A stretch of 64,000 bases of DNA from an uncultured Pseudomonadota bacterium. GTDB lineage: Bacteria; Myxococcota_A; Polyangia; Fen-1088. Location: contig CAWHRJ010000014.1 in the NCBI GenBank assembly GCA_963831685.1, positions 94,612 through 158,611 of the forward strand. Direction: 5' to 3'. A program made the translations under genes and the position numbers. This document shows, in pieces, positions 41,326 through 53,286 of this stretch; the stretch's first letter is position 1; each line of letters begins with the position of its first letter. The notes below the pieces were generated by a model that did not search any database, was not told the DNA's origin, and saw only the letters and a list, made by a program, of their open reading frames with translations.

Positions 41326-42852
41326 ATGCGCGCCTCGCCTTTAAAGCGCGCCCTTGCGACCCACGGCGCCGGCGCCGCGACGGTAGCGCTGCTCGTTGCG
41401 TTCCTCGTTGTGTTGGTTCCGCTCGGGGGCGAGGCGCGCGCCAACAATGGCGTTCCTGGATCGCTGGGGGTCCTGTTGCCGCTCGACAAACCCCAGGAGA
41501 TCGGGCTGGCGACGACCTTCGGGCTCATCCTTTCGGACGACGGCGGGACGACCTGGAACTGGACCTGCGAGCAGGCCGCCACCTCGATGGCCGACGTCTA
41601 TGTGGTCGGGCCGCCGCCCCTCGATCGCTTCTTCGCCCGATCGCGATCGCTCGGAACCGGGCTCGGGTATTCCGACGACGAGTCGTGCGGCTGGCGGTCG
41701 TCGGGCGGCGCGCTCGCCGGCCTCACGATCTCCGACTTCTTTCCCGACGCGTCGGATCCGATGCACGTGCTCGCGGCGGCGGCGCCGCCGGTCGACGGGG
41801 GGGGGACCGGGGCCGTCTCGGTCTTCGCCTCGACCGATGGCGGCACGACCTTCGGCGCGACGCCGCTCTACACCGCCGCCGCCGGCGCGGCGATCGTCGG
41901 CATCGAGATCGCGCGCGGCGATCCGCGGATCATCTACCTCACCACCTACACCGTCGGCAGCGCCGGTTACGACCCGGTGCTGATGCGCTCCGTCGACGGC
42001 GGCGGCAGCTGGACGTCGACCGATCTGCTGGCGCCGCTCGGCCCGGCCGTCGTGCGGATCCTGGCTGTTGATCAGGCCGACGCCAACGTGGTCTACCTGC
42101 GCGCCACCGGCTCTATCAGCGAGACGCTGGCCGTGACCCGCGACGGCGGAATGACATTCGCCACGCCGCTCATCATCGCCAACGGCGCGGTCAGCGCGTT
42201 CGCTCGCCTGGCGAGCGGCACGGTCCTGGTCGGCGCGCTCGTCAACTTCGCGGGGGACGGCGGCGGCACCATGGGCGCGGGGTATCGCTCCACCGACGGC
42301 GGGAGGAGCTTCCAGACCTGGACGCTCCAGCCGCAACCCCACCTGGTCGGCCTCGGCGAGCGCGTCGTGAACGGACAGTCGACGCTCTATCTGTCGGGCA
42401 AGAACTACAGCGACGGGTGGGCACTGGCGGCGTCGACCGACGAAGGGGCCACCGTGACGTCGGTGATGCGCTACGACCAGGTGGCCGGGATCAGGGCGTG
42501 CGTCCAGCAGATCTGCCGCGACACCTGCAACTACGAGGAGCAGCAGGCGATCTGGGATCCGGGCGTCTGCACCGCCGGCGACGCCGGGGCGCCCGACGCG
42601 GGACCGCCGGGACCTCCGGCCAGCTCCGGATGCCACTGCGCGGCCGGTGGCGGGGGCGGCGTGGGCAGCCCCGGCTGGACCGCCTGGCTGTTGATTGGCG
42701 CCACATTTTGCCGGCGCGGCCGGCGGCCCGGGCGACGCGCCCCCGTTGACCCCCACTCGTCCGACGGTGGTTCGCCTCGACAGTGGAGGATCCGCGGTGT
42801 AAATTCCCCCCCTCTTTGTACACGGCGTTTCCGTGCAAGGCTGGGCCCATAG
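41326..42852 (+). CDS. Secreted BNR/sialidase-like repeat protein with a MYXO-CTERM-like tail; 3' end uncertain
   Basis: At least 4 BNR-type motifs (STDGGTTF, SVDGGGSW, TRDGGMTF, STDGGRSF). C-terminal Cys-Gly-rich segment, a hydrophobic helix, then an Arg cluster (GCHCAAGGGGGVG...WLLIGATFCRRGRR), typical of the MYXO-CTERM sorting signal. The ORF reads through into the tRNA gene, so the true stop is probably earlier (around 42735) and lost to a frame error. Confidence 0.6.
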   Translation: MRASPLKRALATHGAGAATVALLVAFLVVLVPLGGEARANNGVPGSLGVLLPLDKPQEIGLATTFGLILSDDGGTTWNWTCEQAATSMADVYVVGPPPLDRFFARSRSLGTGLGYSDDESCGWRSSGGALAGLTISDFFPDASDPMHVLAAAAPPVDGGGTGAVSVFASTDGGTTFGATPLYTAAAGAAIVGIEIARGDPRIIYLTTYTVGSAGYDPVLMRSVDGGGSWTSTDLLAPLGPAVVRILAVDQADANVVYLRATGSISETLAVTRDGGMTFATPLIIANGAVSAFARLASGTVLVGALVNFAGDGGGTMGAGYRSTDGGRSFQTWTLQPQPHLVGLGERVVNGQSTLYLSGKNYSDGWALAASTDEGATVTSVMRYDQVAGIRACVQQICRDTCNYEEQQAIWDPGVCTAGDAGAPDAGPPGPPASSGCHCAAGGGGGVGSPGWTAWLLIGATFCRRGRRPGRRAPVDPHSSDGGSPRQWRIRGVNSPPLCTRRFRARLGP

Positions 42853-42915
42853 CTCAGCGGTCAGAGCTGGCGGCTCATAACCGCCTGGTCCCTGGTTCGA
42901 ATCCAGGTGGGCCCA
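42843..42915 (+). tRNA. tRNA with anticodon CAU (elongator Met or lysidine-modified Ile2)
   Basis: Cloverleaf: acceptor GGGCCCA/UGGGCCC, D-arm GCUC/GAGC, anticodon stem GGCGG/CCGCC with loop CUCAUAA, T-arm CCUGG-UUCGAAU-CCAGG. The G1-C72 pair argues against an initiator. CCA is not encoded. Confidence 0.9.
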
Positions 42916-42969
42916 CGCTCGACGCGTCGGCGACGTCGGTGATACGGCTGTCCCATACGGAGGAAGGCA

Positions 42970-43725
42970 TTGCGCGATCAGCTTAAGCGACTGGAAGAGC
43001 TACAGACACACGACGCGAAGATTCAGGAGCTCGAGAACACGCTCAAGGCCATCCCGGCGAAGCTCGCGGCCACGCAGAACGACCTGGCCCGCGTCGAGGG
43101 GCTGCTGGCCACCGAGCGGCAAGCGCTCGGCGAGACCGAACGGTACTACGCCGAGCAGAAGGGGCTCCTCACCGACGACGAGGTCCAGGTCGCGGGCGCC
43201 AAGCACAAGCTGACGCAGGCCAAGAACTCGAAGGAGTACATGGCGGCGCAGCGCGAGATCGAGCAGCGCCGCGAGAGCCTGGCCACGCGCGAGGGCGAGA
43301 TCGCCAAGCTGGTCGAGGCGGTCGACGCCAAGAAGAAGCTGCTCTCCGACCGGGCCGCCGACGTGCAGGCGCTCCGGGAGTCGATCGCCAAGGACGACGA
43401 GGCCGCCAAGGCGCGCATGGCCGAGATCGAGGCGAAGATCGCCGAGCTGCGCGCCGAGCGCGACAAGCTGGCGGCCGCGGTCAAGCCCGAGGTGCTCAAG
43501 CGCTACGGCACCATCCGCATGCGCCGCGGCCTGGCCGTCGTCAGCGTGCGCAACGGGACCTGCCAGGGCTGCAACATGAACATCCCGCCGCAGCTCTACA
43601 TCATCCTGCAGCGCGGCCAGACGATCGAGACCTGCCCGTCCTGTCATCGGATCATCTACTGGGAAGATCTGATGAAGGACGACAAGGGTGGCGGGACATC
43701 GCCGACCAGCCCCGCGGTCGGTTGA
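42970..43725 (+). CDS. C4 zinc-ribbon domain protein (COG1579/DUF164) with a long coiled coil
   Basis: About 200 aa coiled coil, then a CQGC...CPSC ribbon. TTG start with a GGAGGAAGG Shine-Dalgarno sequence. Commonly encoded next to rnpB. Confidence 0.75.
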   Translation: MRDQLKRLEELQTHDAKIQELENTLKAIPAKLAATQNDLARVEGLLATERQALGETERYYAEQKGLLTDDEVQVAGAKHKLTQAKNSKEYMAAQREIEQRRESLATREGEIAKLVEAVDAKKKLLSDRAADVQALRESIAKDDEAAKARMAEIEAKIAELRAERDKLAAAVKPEVLKRYGTIRMRRGLAVVSVRNGTCQGCNMNIPPQLYIILQRGQTIETCPSCHRIIYWEDLMKDDKGGGTSPTSPAVG

Positions 43726-43744
43726 ACCGCGGTATAGTTTCCCA

Positions 43745-44140
43745 GCTTCTCGCTCGAGCCGGTGAGGTGGTCGCGGCGGGCCCTTCGGGCGCCCGTCGAG
43801 GAAAGTCCGGGCTCCGCAGGGCAGGGTGCTGGCTAACGGCCAGTCGGGGTGACTCGAAGGACAGTGCAACAGAAAATAGACCGCCGGTTCGCAAGGGCCG
43901 GTAAGGGTGAAACGGCGCGGTAAGAGCGCACCGCCCCCTCGGTGACGAGGGGGGCACGGCAAACCCCACCTGGAGCAAGACCAGTCCGAGATCGCGGGGC
44001 AACCCGCCGGCGTGGCCCGCGTCGATTCGATCTCGAGTTGGTCGCACGAGCCGTCCGGCAACGGGCGGCCCAGAGGAATGACCACCACCGGCGGCAACGC
44101 CGGGACAGAACCCGGCTTACGGCCGGCTCGAGCGAGAGGC
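43745..44140 (+). ncRNA. rnpB: RNase P RNA, bacterial type A
   Basis: Universal P4 strands GAGGAAAGUCCGGGCUCC and ACAGAACCCGGCUUA. Conserved GGUAACGCC-like, AGUGCAACAGAAA, GGUAAGGGUGAAA and GGUAAGAGCGCACC modules. A P1 helix pairs 43747-43763 with 44121-44137. Confidence 0.85.
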
Positions 44141-44249
44141 ATTTTCAGGTCCGACATGAATGTCGCGGTTGTCGACCGCGGGGCGTGCCAGGCTCCGCGG
44201 ATCCCCTGGGTTTGCCGGAGCGGAACGTCAATTGCTTCTCTTCCGCACC

Positions 44250-45899
44250 ATGGCGAGAGTGTCGAGTCTGGGAAGGGGAGCGGCTCTGAGGCTGCCGGCG
44301 GCCGTCGTCGCGGTTCTCGGCGCGGCGAGCGCCTGTTCGAGCGGTCAGATCGGATCGGCCGACCAGAGGCAATCCGGCGGCACGAGCGGCGCCACCGGAG
44401 GCCAATCCGGGGGCGGTCGGGGCGGCGGAACCGTGGACGGCTCGGGTGGAACCGTGGCCGGCACCGGCGGAACCCCTGTCGTCGGGGGATCGGGGGGCCA
44501 CGAAGGTTTTGGGGGCACTCAGGGGAACTGCCAGGGCAGCGGTGGTGGAGCCGTCGTGGATCCCTTCCCCGCGAGCAGCAGCGGCGGGGCCGGGACGGGC
44601 GGCCTCTGTTGCAACGCGCCCACGAACTGCCTCGAGGGTCTGTGCGGCAACGGAGTGCGCGACACCTGCACCGCATCATCCGGCCCCGGTACTTGTCCCT
44701 CCTATTCCTCTTACGAGGTGTGCGACGGCAATGATCTCGGCGGACAGACGTGCACCAGTCTGGGGTACGGCTCGGGCGTGCTCGCCTGTTCGGACACCTG
44801 CTTCTCGTGGGACACGACCGGCTGCTATACCTGTGCGGCCGGCTCGCCAGTGGTCGCTCGCTGCAACGTCGTGCCCACCGTATCCACCGGTATCTCGATG
44901 GCGGCGACGGACACAGAAACGGCTCTGGCCTGGGTCGAGGGACGCGACTACGGAGCGCTGGACATCGGGTTCGCTCGGCTGTCGTCGGCGCTGGACGTGA
45001 TTTCCACTGGAAGTATCGCCGACGCAGCGCTCGCCGCCGCTCAGCCGGGCGACAATCCGAGCGTGAAGATCGCCGCGTTGCCGTCGGGATGGTTGGTGCT
45101 GGCGGCCACCGGTTCCTCGATCTCTCTGTACACCCTCGACGGCGCCGGCGACGTGGTGGCGCGCAGCGCTCTCGACCCAATGTCCGGCGGTTTCGGGATC
45201 TCCTCCCCGATCCTCGTCTCCCAGCCGAACGGCGGGCCACTGGTGATCTGGCAAGTGATCAGTACGTACGCTGCAGTCGTGTCGGCAGACGGGCTCTCCG
45301 TGACGACGCCGATCGAGGTTCCCGTCAATTCCTACGACGGCGGCGGATCGCTCCCGAGTCTTGCGAGCGCCACTCTTGCCGCCGGCAAATTCCAGGCGGT
45401 CTTCAACGAGAACTGCGCCGCTGGTCCGTGCCTCGAAATCGTGAGCATCGCTCCCAACGGCACGGTCGCCGGATCATTTCAGCCGCCCGGTGTGGCCGCT
45501 CCCTGGGGAGCCCAGCTCGTATCGGGGGCAGACGATCTTCGACTCTTGTACGTAGCGGATTGCGGAACGACGCTGACCAATCCTTGTCTCATGTGGCAAC
45601 GCATGAGCGCGACGGGCGCAGCGCTATCGCCTCCGGTCCTCATCGATGGCTCCTCCACGTCTGGTCTTCCAAATTCGGCCGTCGCCCTGGGCGCCGACAG
45701 CTATCTCGCGTCCGATTCGGCGAATTGGTCGTCGACGCTGGTACACCTCGCGTCCGACGGCTCCATCGCCGGGGGCCCCAGCCTGATCGCGCAAGGGGGT
45801 TCGGCCGGAACCGTCATGGTGCGCCAAGGGTCCAATCTCGTCGCCGGGTGGATCGATAACGGTCCCTCGCACATCGAGGTCGCGCGGCTGACGCCCTAG
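44250..45899 (+). CDS. Lipoprotein with a Gly-rich linker, one Myxococcales Cys-rich repeat and a large C-terminal domain of unknown function
   Basis: Lipobox LGAASAC. GGS/T low-complexity stretch. CGNGVRDTC...EVCDGNDLGGQTC repeat. Confidence 0.6.
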   Translation: MARVSSLGRGAALRLPAAVVAVLGAASACSSGQIGSADQRQSGGTSGATGGQSGGGRGGGTVDGSGGTVAGTGGTPVVGGSGGHEGFGGTQGNCQGSGGGAVVDPFPASSSGGAGTGGLCCNAPTNCLEGLCGNGVRDTCTASSGPGTCPSYSSYEVCDGNDLGGQTCTSLGYGSGVLACSDTCFSWDTTGCYTCAAGSPVVARCNVVPTVSTGISMAATDTETALAWVEGRDYGALDIGFARLSSALDVISTGSIADAALAAAQPGDNPSVKIAALPSGWLVLAATGSSISLYTLDGAGDVVARSALDPMSGGFGISSPILVSQPNGGPLVIWQVISTYAAVVSADGLSVTTPIEVPVNSYDGGGSLPSLASATLAAGKFQAVFNENCAAGPCLEIVSIAPNGTVAGSFQPPGVAAPWGAQLVSGADDLRLLYVADCGTTLTNPCLMWQRMSATGAALSPPVLIDGSSTSGLPNSAVALGADSYLASDSANWSSTLVHLASDGSIAGGPSLIAQGGSAGTVMVRQGSNLVAGWIDNGPSHIEVARLTP

Positions 45900-45945
45900 C
45901 GAAAGCCATTTTTACTGGCGGCTGGGATTCCTGTAAAATGAGGGC

Positions 45946-47010
45946 GTGGGCGCGCTCGGCAGCGGTGGGATCGGGGTGCGCTGGTTGGCGGGAGGGCTGG
46001 CGCTCGTCGCGCTCGCCTGCGGCGGGTCGGGCGGCAAGGGGGCCACGGGTGGGAGCGGTGGCTCGGGCGGTGGTGGCGGGTCCGCGCAGGTGGGGACCGT
46101 GGGCGGCTGCCAGATCTTCCCCGCCGACAACCCCTGGAACGAGGACGTCTCGGGGCTGCCGCTCAGTTCCATGAGCGCGACCTACATCGCCAACATGGCG
46201 CCCACGCGCGGGCTGCACCCCGACTGGGGTGACTTCGCCCTCGGCGACACCTACTACGGCATCCCGTTCTCGTCGGGCGCGGGCGCGCCGCCCCAGGTGA
46301 TGAACTTCGATGCCTACGCCGACGAGAGCGATCCCGACCCCTGCCCGAACGGCGGCGGGCAGTTCTGCTATCCGATCCCGCTCGACGCGCCGATCGAGGG
46401 GGGGCCGAACGCCGACACGGGCTCCGACCGGCACCTGCTCTACGTCGACACGGGGGGCGGCCCCGGCAACTGCACGCTCTACGAGCTCTACAACGCCCAG
46501 AACCCGTCGGGCGCGGGCGGATGGACTGCGGCGAACGGGGCCATCTTCCACCTCGGCTCGGACGCGCTGCGGCCCGACGGCTGGACCTCATCCGACGCGG
46601 CCGGGCTGCCAGTGCTGCCCGGGCTGGTCGGCTTCGACGAGGCGGTCAACAAGCAGGAGATCACGCACGCCATCCGCTTCACGATGGACAGCACGCAGCA
46701 GGGGTACATTCACCCGGCCACGCACGCGGCGGGGGACAACGACGCCGCGCTGCCGCCGATGGGGCTTCGCCTCCGGCTCAAGGCGTCGTTCGACACCAGC
46801 GCCTTCAGCGGGCCGACGCTGGCTATCCTCACAGCGCTCAAGAAGTACGGTCTCATCCTGGCCGACAACGGCAGCAACTGGTACCTGACCGGCGAGTCGA
46901 ACGACGGCTGGGACGCCTACATGGACGACCTGGTGTCTGGCTTCGGCAAGGTGACGGGCGGCGACTTCGAGGTGGTCGACACGGGATCCATCTCCACGGC
47001 GGGGCTCTAG
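45946..47010 (+). CDS. Hypothetical lipoprotein (possible carbohydrate-active or protease-like domain)
   Basis: Signal/lipobox ...LALVALAC, then a Gly-rich linker. Start uncertain: GTG at 45946 or GTG at 45976. Confidence 0.5.
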   Translation: MGALGSGGIGVRWLAGGLALVALACGGSGGKGATGGSGGSGGGGGSAQVGTVGGCQIFPADNPWNEDVSGLPLSSMSATYIANMAPTRGLHPDWGDFALGDTYYGIPFSSGAGAPPQVMNFDAYADESDPDPCPNGGGQFCYPIPLDAPIEGGPNADTGSDRHLLYVDTGGGPGNCTLYELYNAQNPSGAGGWTAANGAIFHLGSDALRPDGWTSSDAAGLPVLPGLVGFDEAVNKQEITHAIRFTMDSTQQGYIHPATHAAGDNDAALPPMGLRLRLKASFDTSAFSGPTLAILTALKKYGLILADNGSNWYLTGESNDGWDAYMDDLVSGFGKVTGGDFEVVDTGSISTAGL

Positions 47011-47069
47011 CGACGGTTGGGATCTCAGGGAACGGTTCTCCGGGTGGCTCGTCGATCCTGGTGGAGGTG

Positions 47070-47948
47070 ATGAGCATGGACGGCAAGCTTTGGACCGAGG
47101 CGCAGGCCATCGCGGCGCGGCACGAGCACGGCAACGCCGCCGAGGGCGAGGATCTCGCACAGGACCTGGCGGTCGCGGCACTGGAGCGCGGTGGCGCTGT
47201 CAGCCGGCCGGCGGCCTGGCTGGAGCGGGTCGGCCGGAACGCGGCCATCGACCGCTGGCGCGTCGAGGCGCGCCGCGCGGAGCTGGCGCCGGCGATCCAA
47301 CCGCCGGCGGCGCCGCTCGATCCCGAGGCGGCGCTGCTCGGGCGCGAGCGGCGGGGACTGGTGCGGAGGGCGCTGGCGGCGCTGCCGCGCCCACAGCGGA
47401 GGGCGGCGCTGGCGCGGTTCCACGCCGATCTGCCCTACGACGAGGTGGCGGTGCGGGTCGGCGCGCCGGCGATCACCGCTCGCACGCGGGTTCACCGCGC
47501 GCTCGCGAGCCTGCGGGCGCGGCTCGGCGCGCTGCGGGCCATGTTCCTCCTGCCCGGCGTCCCGATGAGCGCGCTCGGCGTCGTGTTCGTGGCCGCGGTG
47601 TCGCCGAGCCTGGCGCCCGTGCGGGCGCTCACGCTCGACGAGATGACGCTGGCGGCGGCGCCGGGCGGCGGGCGCCACTTCGCGCGGACGCGCGTCATCG
47701 CCGAGTCGCTCGTGCCGGCTGCGGCGACCAAGCGGCCGGCGCCGAAGATCGTGACCTCACCGGCCCCCGCGCCAGACGATCCGCCGCCGCCGCAGCGCAT
47801 GGTGTTCGGCGACGACCTCGTCGATGGCAGCGTCCTGGGCCCCGACGGCGAGATCATCCGGATGATGCCCCGCATCGCGGAACCCTCGTTGATCGAGATC
47901 CGGCAGCACTTCGTCCCCGAGATGGTGAAGAGCCTGGAAGATTTTTGA
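47070..47948 (+). CDS. ECF-type sigma factor with a C-terminal transmembrane extension (possible sigma/anti-sigma fusion)
   Basis: Sigma-70 region 2-like (AAWLERVGRNAAIDRWR) and region 4 (AALARFHADLPYDEVAVRVGAPAITARTRVHRALASLR), followed by a TM helix (MFLLPGVPMSALGVVFVAAV) and about 120 further aa. Confidence 0.55.
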   Translation: MSMDGKLWTEAQAIAARHEHGNAAEGEDLAQDLAVAALERGGAVSRPAAWLERVGRNAAIDRWRVEARRAELAPAIQPPAAPLDPEAALLGRERRGLVRRALAALPRPQRRAALARFHADLPYDEVAVRVGAPAITARTRVHRALASLRARLGALRAMFLLPGVPMSALGVVFVAAVSPSLAPVRALTLDEMTLAAAPGGGRHFARTRVIAESLVPAAATKRPAPKIVTSPAPAPDDPPPPQRMVFGDDLVDGSVLGPDGEIIRMMPRIAEPSLIEIRQHFVPEMVKSLEDF

Positions 47949-48030
47949 GTTGCCGGCGTTTCCTGGACCGGCGACGCTAGGGGCGCGGGCCCCCCCTGCG
48001 AAACAGCGTCGCCACCAAGAGGAGACTCGG

Positions 48031-49389
48031 ATGAGGAACATTTCGCGAGGGATCGGGCCGTTTGTCGCGCTGTGCGCGTCGCTCGGAGTGCTGGGGTGCG
48101 GATCGAGCGGGGGAGGAGGCCCGACCGATTCCGGCGTGCCGCTCTCGCCCGGCGGATCTGGCGCGTTCGGGATCGTGACCGTGGGCGGCAAGCAGAAGAT
48201 GTACCTGCCGCAGCCCTACACGTATTACACGACAGCGGGCGACGCGACGATTGCTGTCGTGGACGTCGGGGTGGCGGGCAACGGCGTCGCGGGCGCGCCG
48301 GCGCTCATCACCACGATCGATCTCGGAACAGTGGACGGCGTGACAGCGACGGGCGGGACGTCGTCGGTGGTCATCGGCGTCTCTACCCAGAACAACCGCA
48401 TCTACTTCATCGATCCGACGACGGACACGGTCACCAAGTCGATCACCCTCGACGCGACCTACGGCCAGTCGAGCTTCTCGGGCGGCGGTGGCTACGTGAC
48501 CGGCGTGGCGGTCGACGGCGACGCCGGCAAGGCCTACCTCTCCGTCTGGGACGGGTTCGCCATCGTCGACCTCGCCACCGAGACGATCACCGGGACGATC
48601 CCGGTCCCGCCGTCGGAGAACTTCGGCTTCGATTCGGCGAACCACCGGATCCTGGCGCCGTTCTACGAGTGCACCGGGTCGCTCTCGCCGACGACCTACC
48701 AACCTCCGCCGTTCTGCACCAGCTACACCGATCAGGCGGGCGACCCGATGACGGACGGCCTCAACATCATCGACCTCGCCGACAACAACACGGTCTACAC
48801 CTACCAGGATCCGACCGCGACCGATCCCGCCGAGCCTCTGGGACCCGAGCCCGACTCGGCGGCCGCGGATCCGACGAGCGGAAAGATCGTGGTTCCGTCG
48901 GAGGGACAGCTCTACGAGTACGTCGTCGACCTCTCCAAGGCGACGTTCGACAAGACGACGAAGACCGTCACCGCGCCGCACGTGACGATCGACGCCAACG
49001 GCGGGAACGAGATGACGGGGGTGGCGATTGAGCCCTCCTCGCACATCGCGTTCTTCGAGTCCGAGGGCGGCACCGACATGGGCGCGGCGAACCTCAGCAC
49101 CGCCACGGCGGCCATGTCGAAGTACGTCCACGCCGATCTCCCCGCCCTCCCCGACGTAACGACCTGGTTCAACATCTCCGACCCGCACGGCATCGCCGTG
49201 ACGACCGCGATGGCCGGCGGTCGCCCGGTCGGTTTCCTGGTGAACGACGCGTACCACTGGGTGGCGCGCGTCGATCTGCAGAAGCTGCTGTCGCTGCCGA
49301 CCACCGCCGATTCCTATGACCCGAGCCAGCTCGACGTGGCGGACGCCAGCGCCGCCGTCACCTTCCTCGACGCGACGACGAAGCCCTAG
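48031..49389 (+). CDS. Lipoprotein, beta-propeller-like repeat domain, function unknown
   Basis: Lipobox LGVLGC. AAGAGGAG Shine-Dalgarno sequence. Repeated ...YV.D.....I.V.D motifs. Confidence 0.6.
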   Translation: MRNISRGIGPFVALCASLGVLGCGSSGGGGPTDSGVPLSPGGSGAFGIVTVGGKQKMYLPQPYTYYTTAGDATIAVVDVGVAGNGVAGAPALITTIDLGTVDGVTATGGTSSVVIGVSTQNNRIYFIDPTTDTVTKSITLDATYGQSSFSGGGGYVTGVAVDGDAGKAYLSVWDGFAIVDLATETITGTIPVPPSENFGFDSANHRILAPFYECTGSLSPTTYQPPPFCTSYTDQAGDPMTDGLNIIDLADNNTVYTYQDPTATDPAEPLGPEPDSAAADPTSGKIVVPSEGQLYEYVVDLSKATFDKTTKTVTAPHVTIDANGGNEMTGVAIEPSSHIAFFESEGGTDMGAANLSTATAAMSKYVHADLPALPDVTTWFNISDPHGIAVTTAMAGGRPVGFLVNDAYHWVARVDLQKLLSLPTTADSYDPSQLDVADASAAVTFLDATTKP

Positions 49390-49394
49390 CGCGG

Positions 49395-49459
49395 TCAGGC
49401 GGCGGTCGTGGCGCGGCCGCGGCGGACGCCGAGGAGCGGCGCCAGGAACTGGCCGGTGT
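49395..49459. repeat. 65-bp exact direct repeat (copy 1) of the uvrA 3' terminus
   Basis: Identical to 50202-50266, which holds the last 21 codons plus the stop of uvrA. Together the copies bracket the vapBC cassette. Confidence 0.9.
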
Positions 49460-49492
49460 GCGGCTCGAAGACTTCCAGATTGCTCGGGGCCG

Positions 49493-49900
49493 TCAGGCGC
49501 GAGGCAGAACCTCGGCGCCGGTGAGTCCGAGGTGGTGGTCGGTGGACCAGACCTTGCGGATGCGGTGGCGATCCATGAAGCAGAGGCTCGACGCGTCGAC
49601 GTAGGTGAGCTTCGAGCCACGGAGGCGGTCAAGCATCTTTTCCACCTGCCCGTGGTGGGCTCGGTCGACCTCGAAGATTCGGAGACCGTCGAGGCTGTCG
49701 ATGAGGCCGCGAAAGTTGCGCGCGGCTTCTTCCCCCTCGCGGTGCAGAAACCAAGCGTAGGTTTCGCTGACGACCAGGTAGGAGGTACACCAGCGCGGCG
49801 TCCGTCCCCCGAACAGCACGATGGCCTGCGCGTGCCATTGATCGCGCGCCGCGAGGAGGGCCACGAAGATTCCCGAGTCCAGGAAGACCGCGTCGGTCAC
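49493..49900 (-). CDS. vapC: PIN-domain toxin VapC
   Basis: 135 aa starting MTDAVFLDSGIFVALL, with conserved PIN acidic residues. Start overlaps the upstream antitoxin stop (ATGA). Confidence 0.75.
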   Translation of the reverse strand: MTDAVFLDSGIFVALLAARDQWHAQAIVLFGGRTPRWCTSYLVVSETYAWFLHREGEEAARNFRGLIDSLDGLRIFEVDRAHHGQVEKMLDRLRGSKLTYVDASSLCFMDRHRIRKVWSTDHHLGLTGAEVLPRA

Positions 49901-50124
49901 GGCCGATCGCGCCCGTAGACGATCTCGTCGACGGACACGCTGTCTTCAGGGCGGCCTTCGACGATCCCGGCGTACTTCATCCAAGGCTTGTCGGTCGGCT
50001 CCCGCGCAATCATGTCCTCGAGGCTCTGCCGGCAGAGCTCGGCCAGCGAGATGCGCCGCCGTCGGGCAACTCGCTTGGCCTTGTCGTAAAGGTCGCGCTC
50101 GACCGAGATCTGCGTCCGAATCAT
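49897..50124 (-). CDS. vapB: Ribbon-helix-helix antitoxin (VapB/CopG-like)
   Basis: 75 aa starting MIRTQISVERDLYDKAKRVARRRRISLAELCRQSLEDMIAR, an RHH fold. Translationally coupled to vapC. Confidence 0.65.
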   Translation of the reverse strand: MIRTQISVERDLYDKAKRVARRRRISLAELCRQSLEDMIAREPTDKPWMKYAGIVEGRPEDSVSVDEIVYGRDRP

Positions 50125-50201
50125 GTTATCACCATACCACATGATGATAACATCGACCACCGACCGAACGAACGGGGGCCCGAGAACCGCGTGTCGGTCG
50201 T

Positions 50202-53129
<2,928 letters not shown>

Positions 53130-53286
53130 GAGGGGCCGGAGTCTAGCAGCCCGCGCACGCGCTGGGGCCGATGGCGGCCTGCCACCTACACGTCTGAAGC
53201 CGAACGCCGTCCGTAGTCACTAAGCCGGAGGGGCTCGAGCGTTCTCGACGAGCCCCCGTTCCATTCGTCATCAGCCGGAGGTGTTC

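Noticed and set aside
42740-42852. Extension of the BNR/MYXO-CTERM ORF into the tRNA gene
   Set aside because: Protein-coding overlap with a tRNA is implausible. It is attributed to a lost stop or frame error after the MYXO-CTERM Arg cluster.
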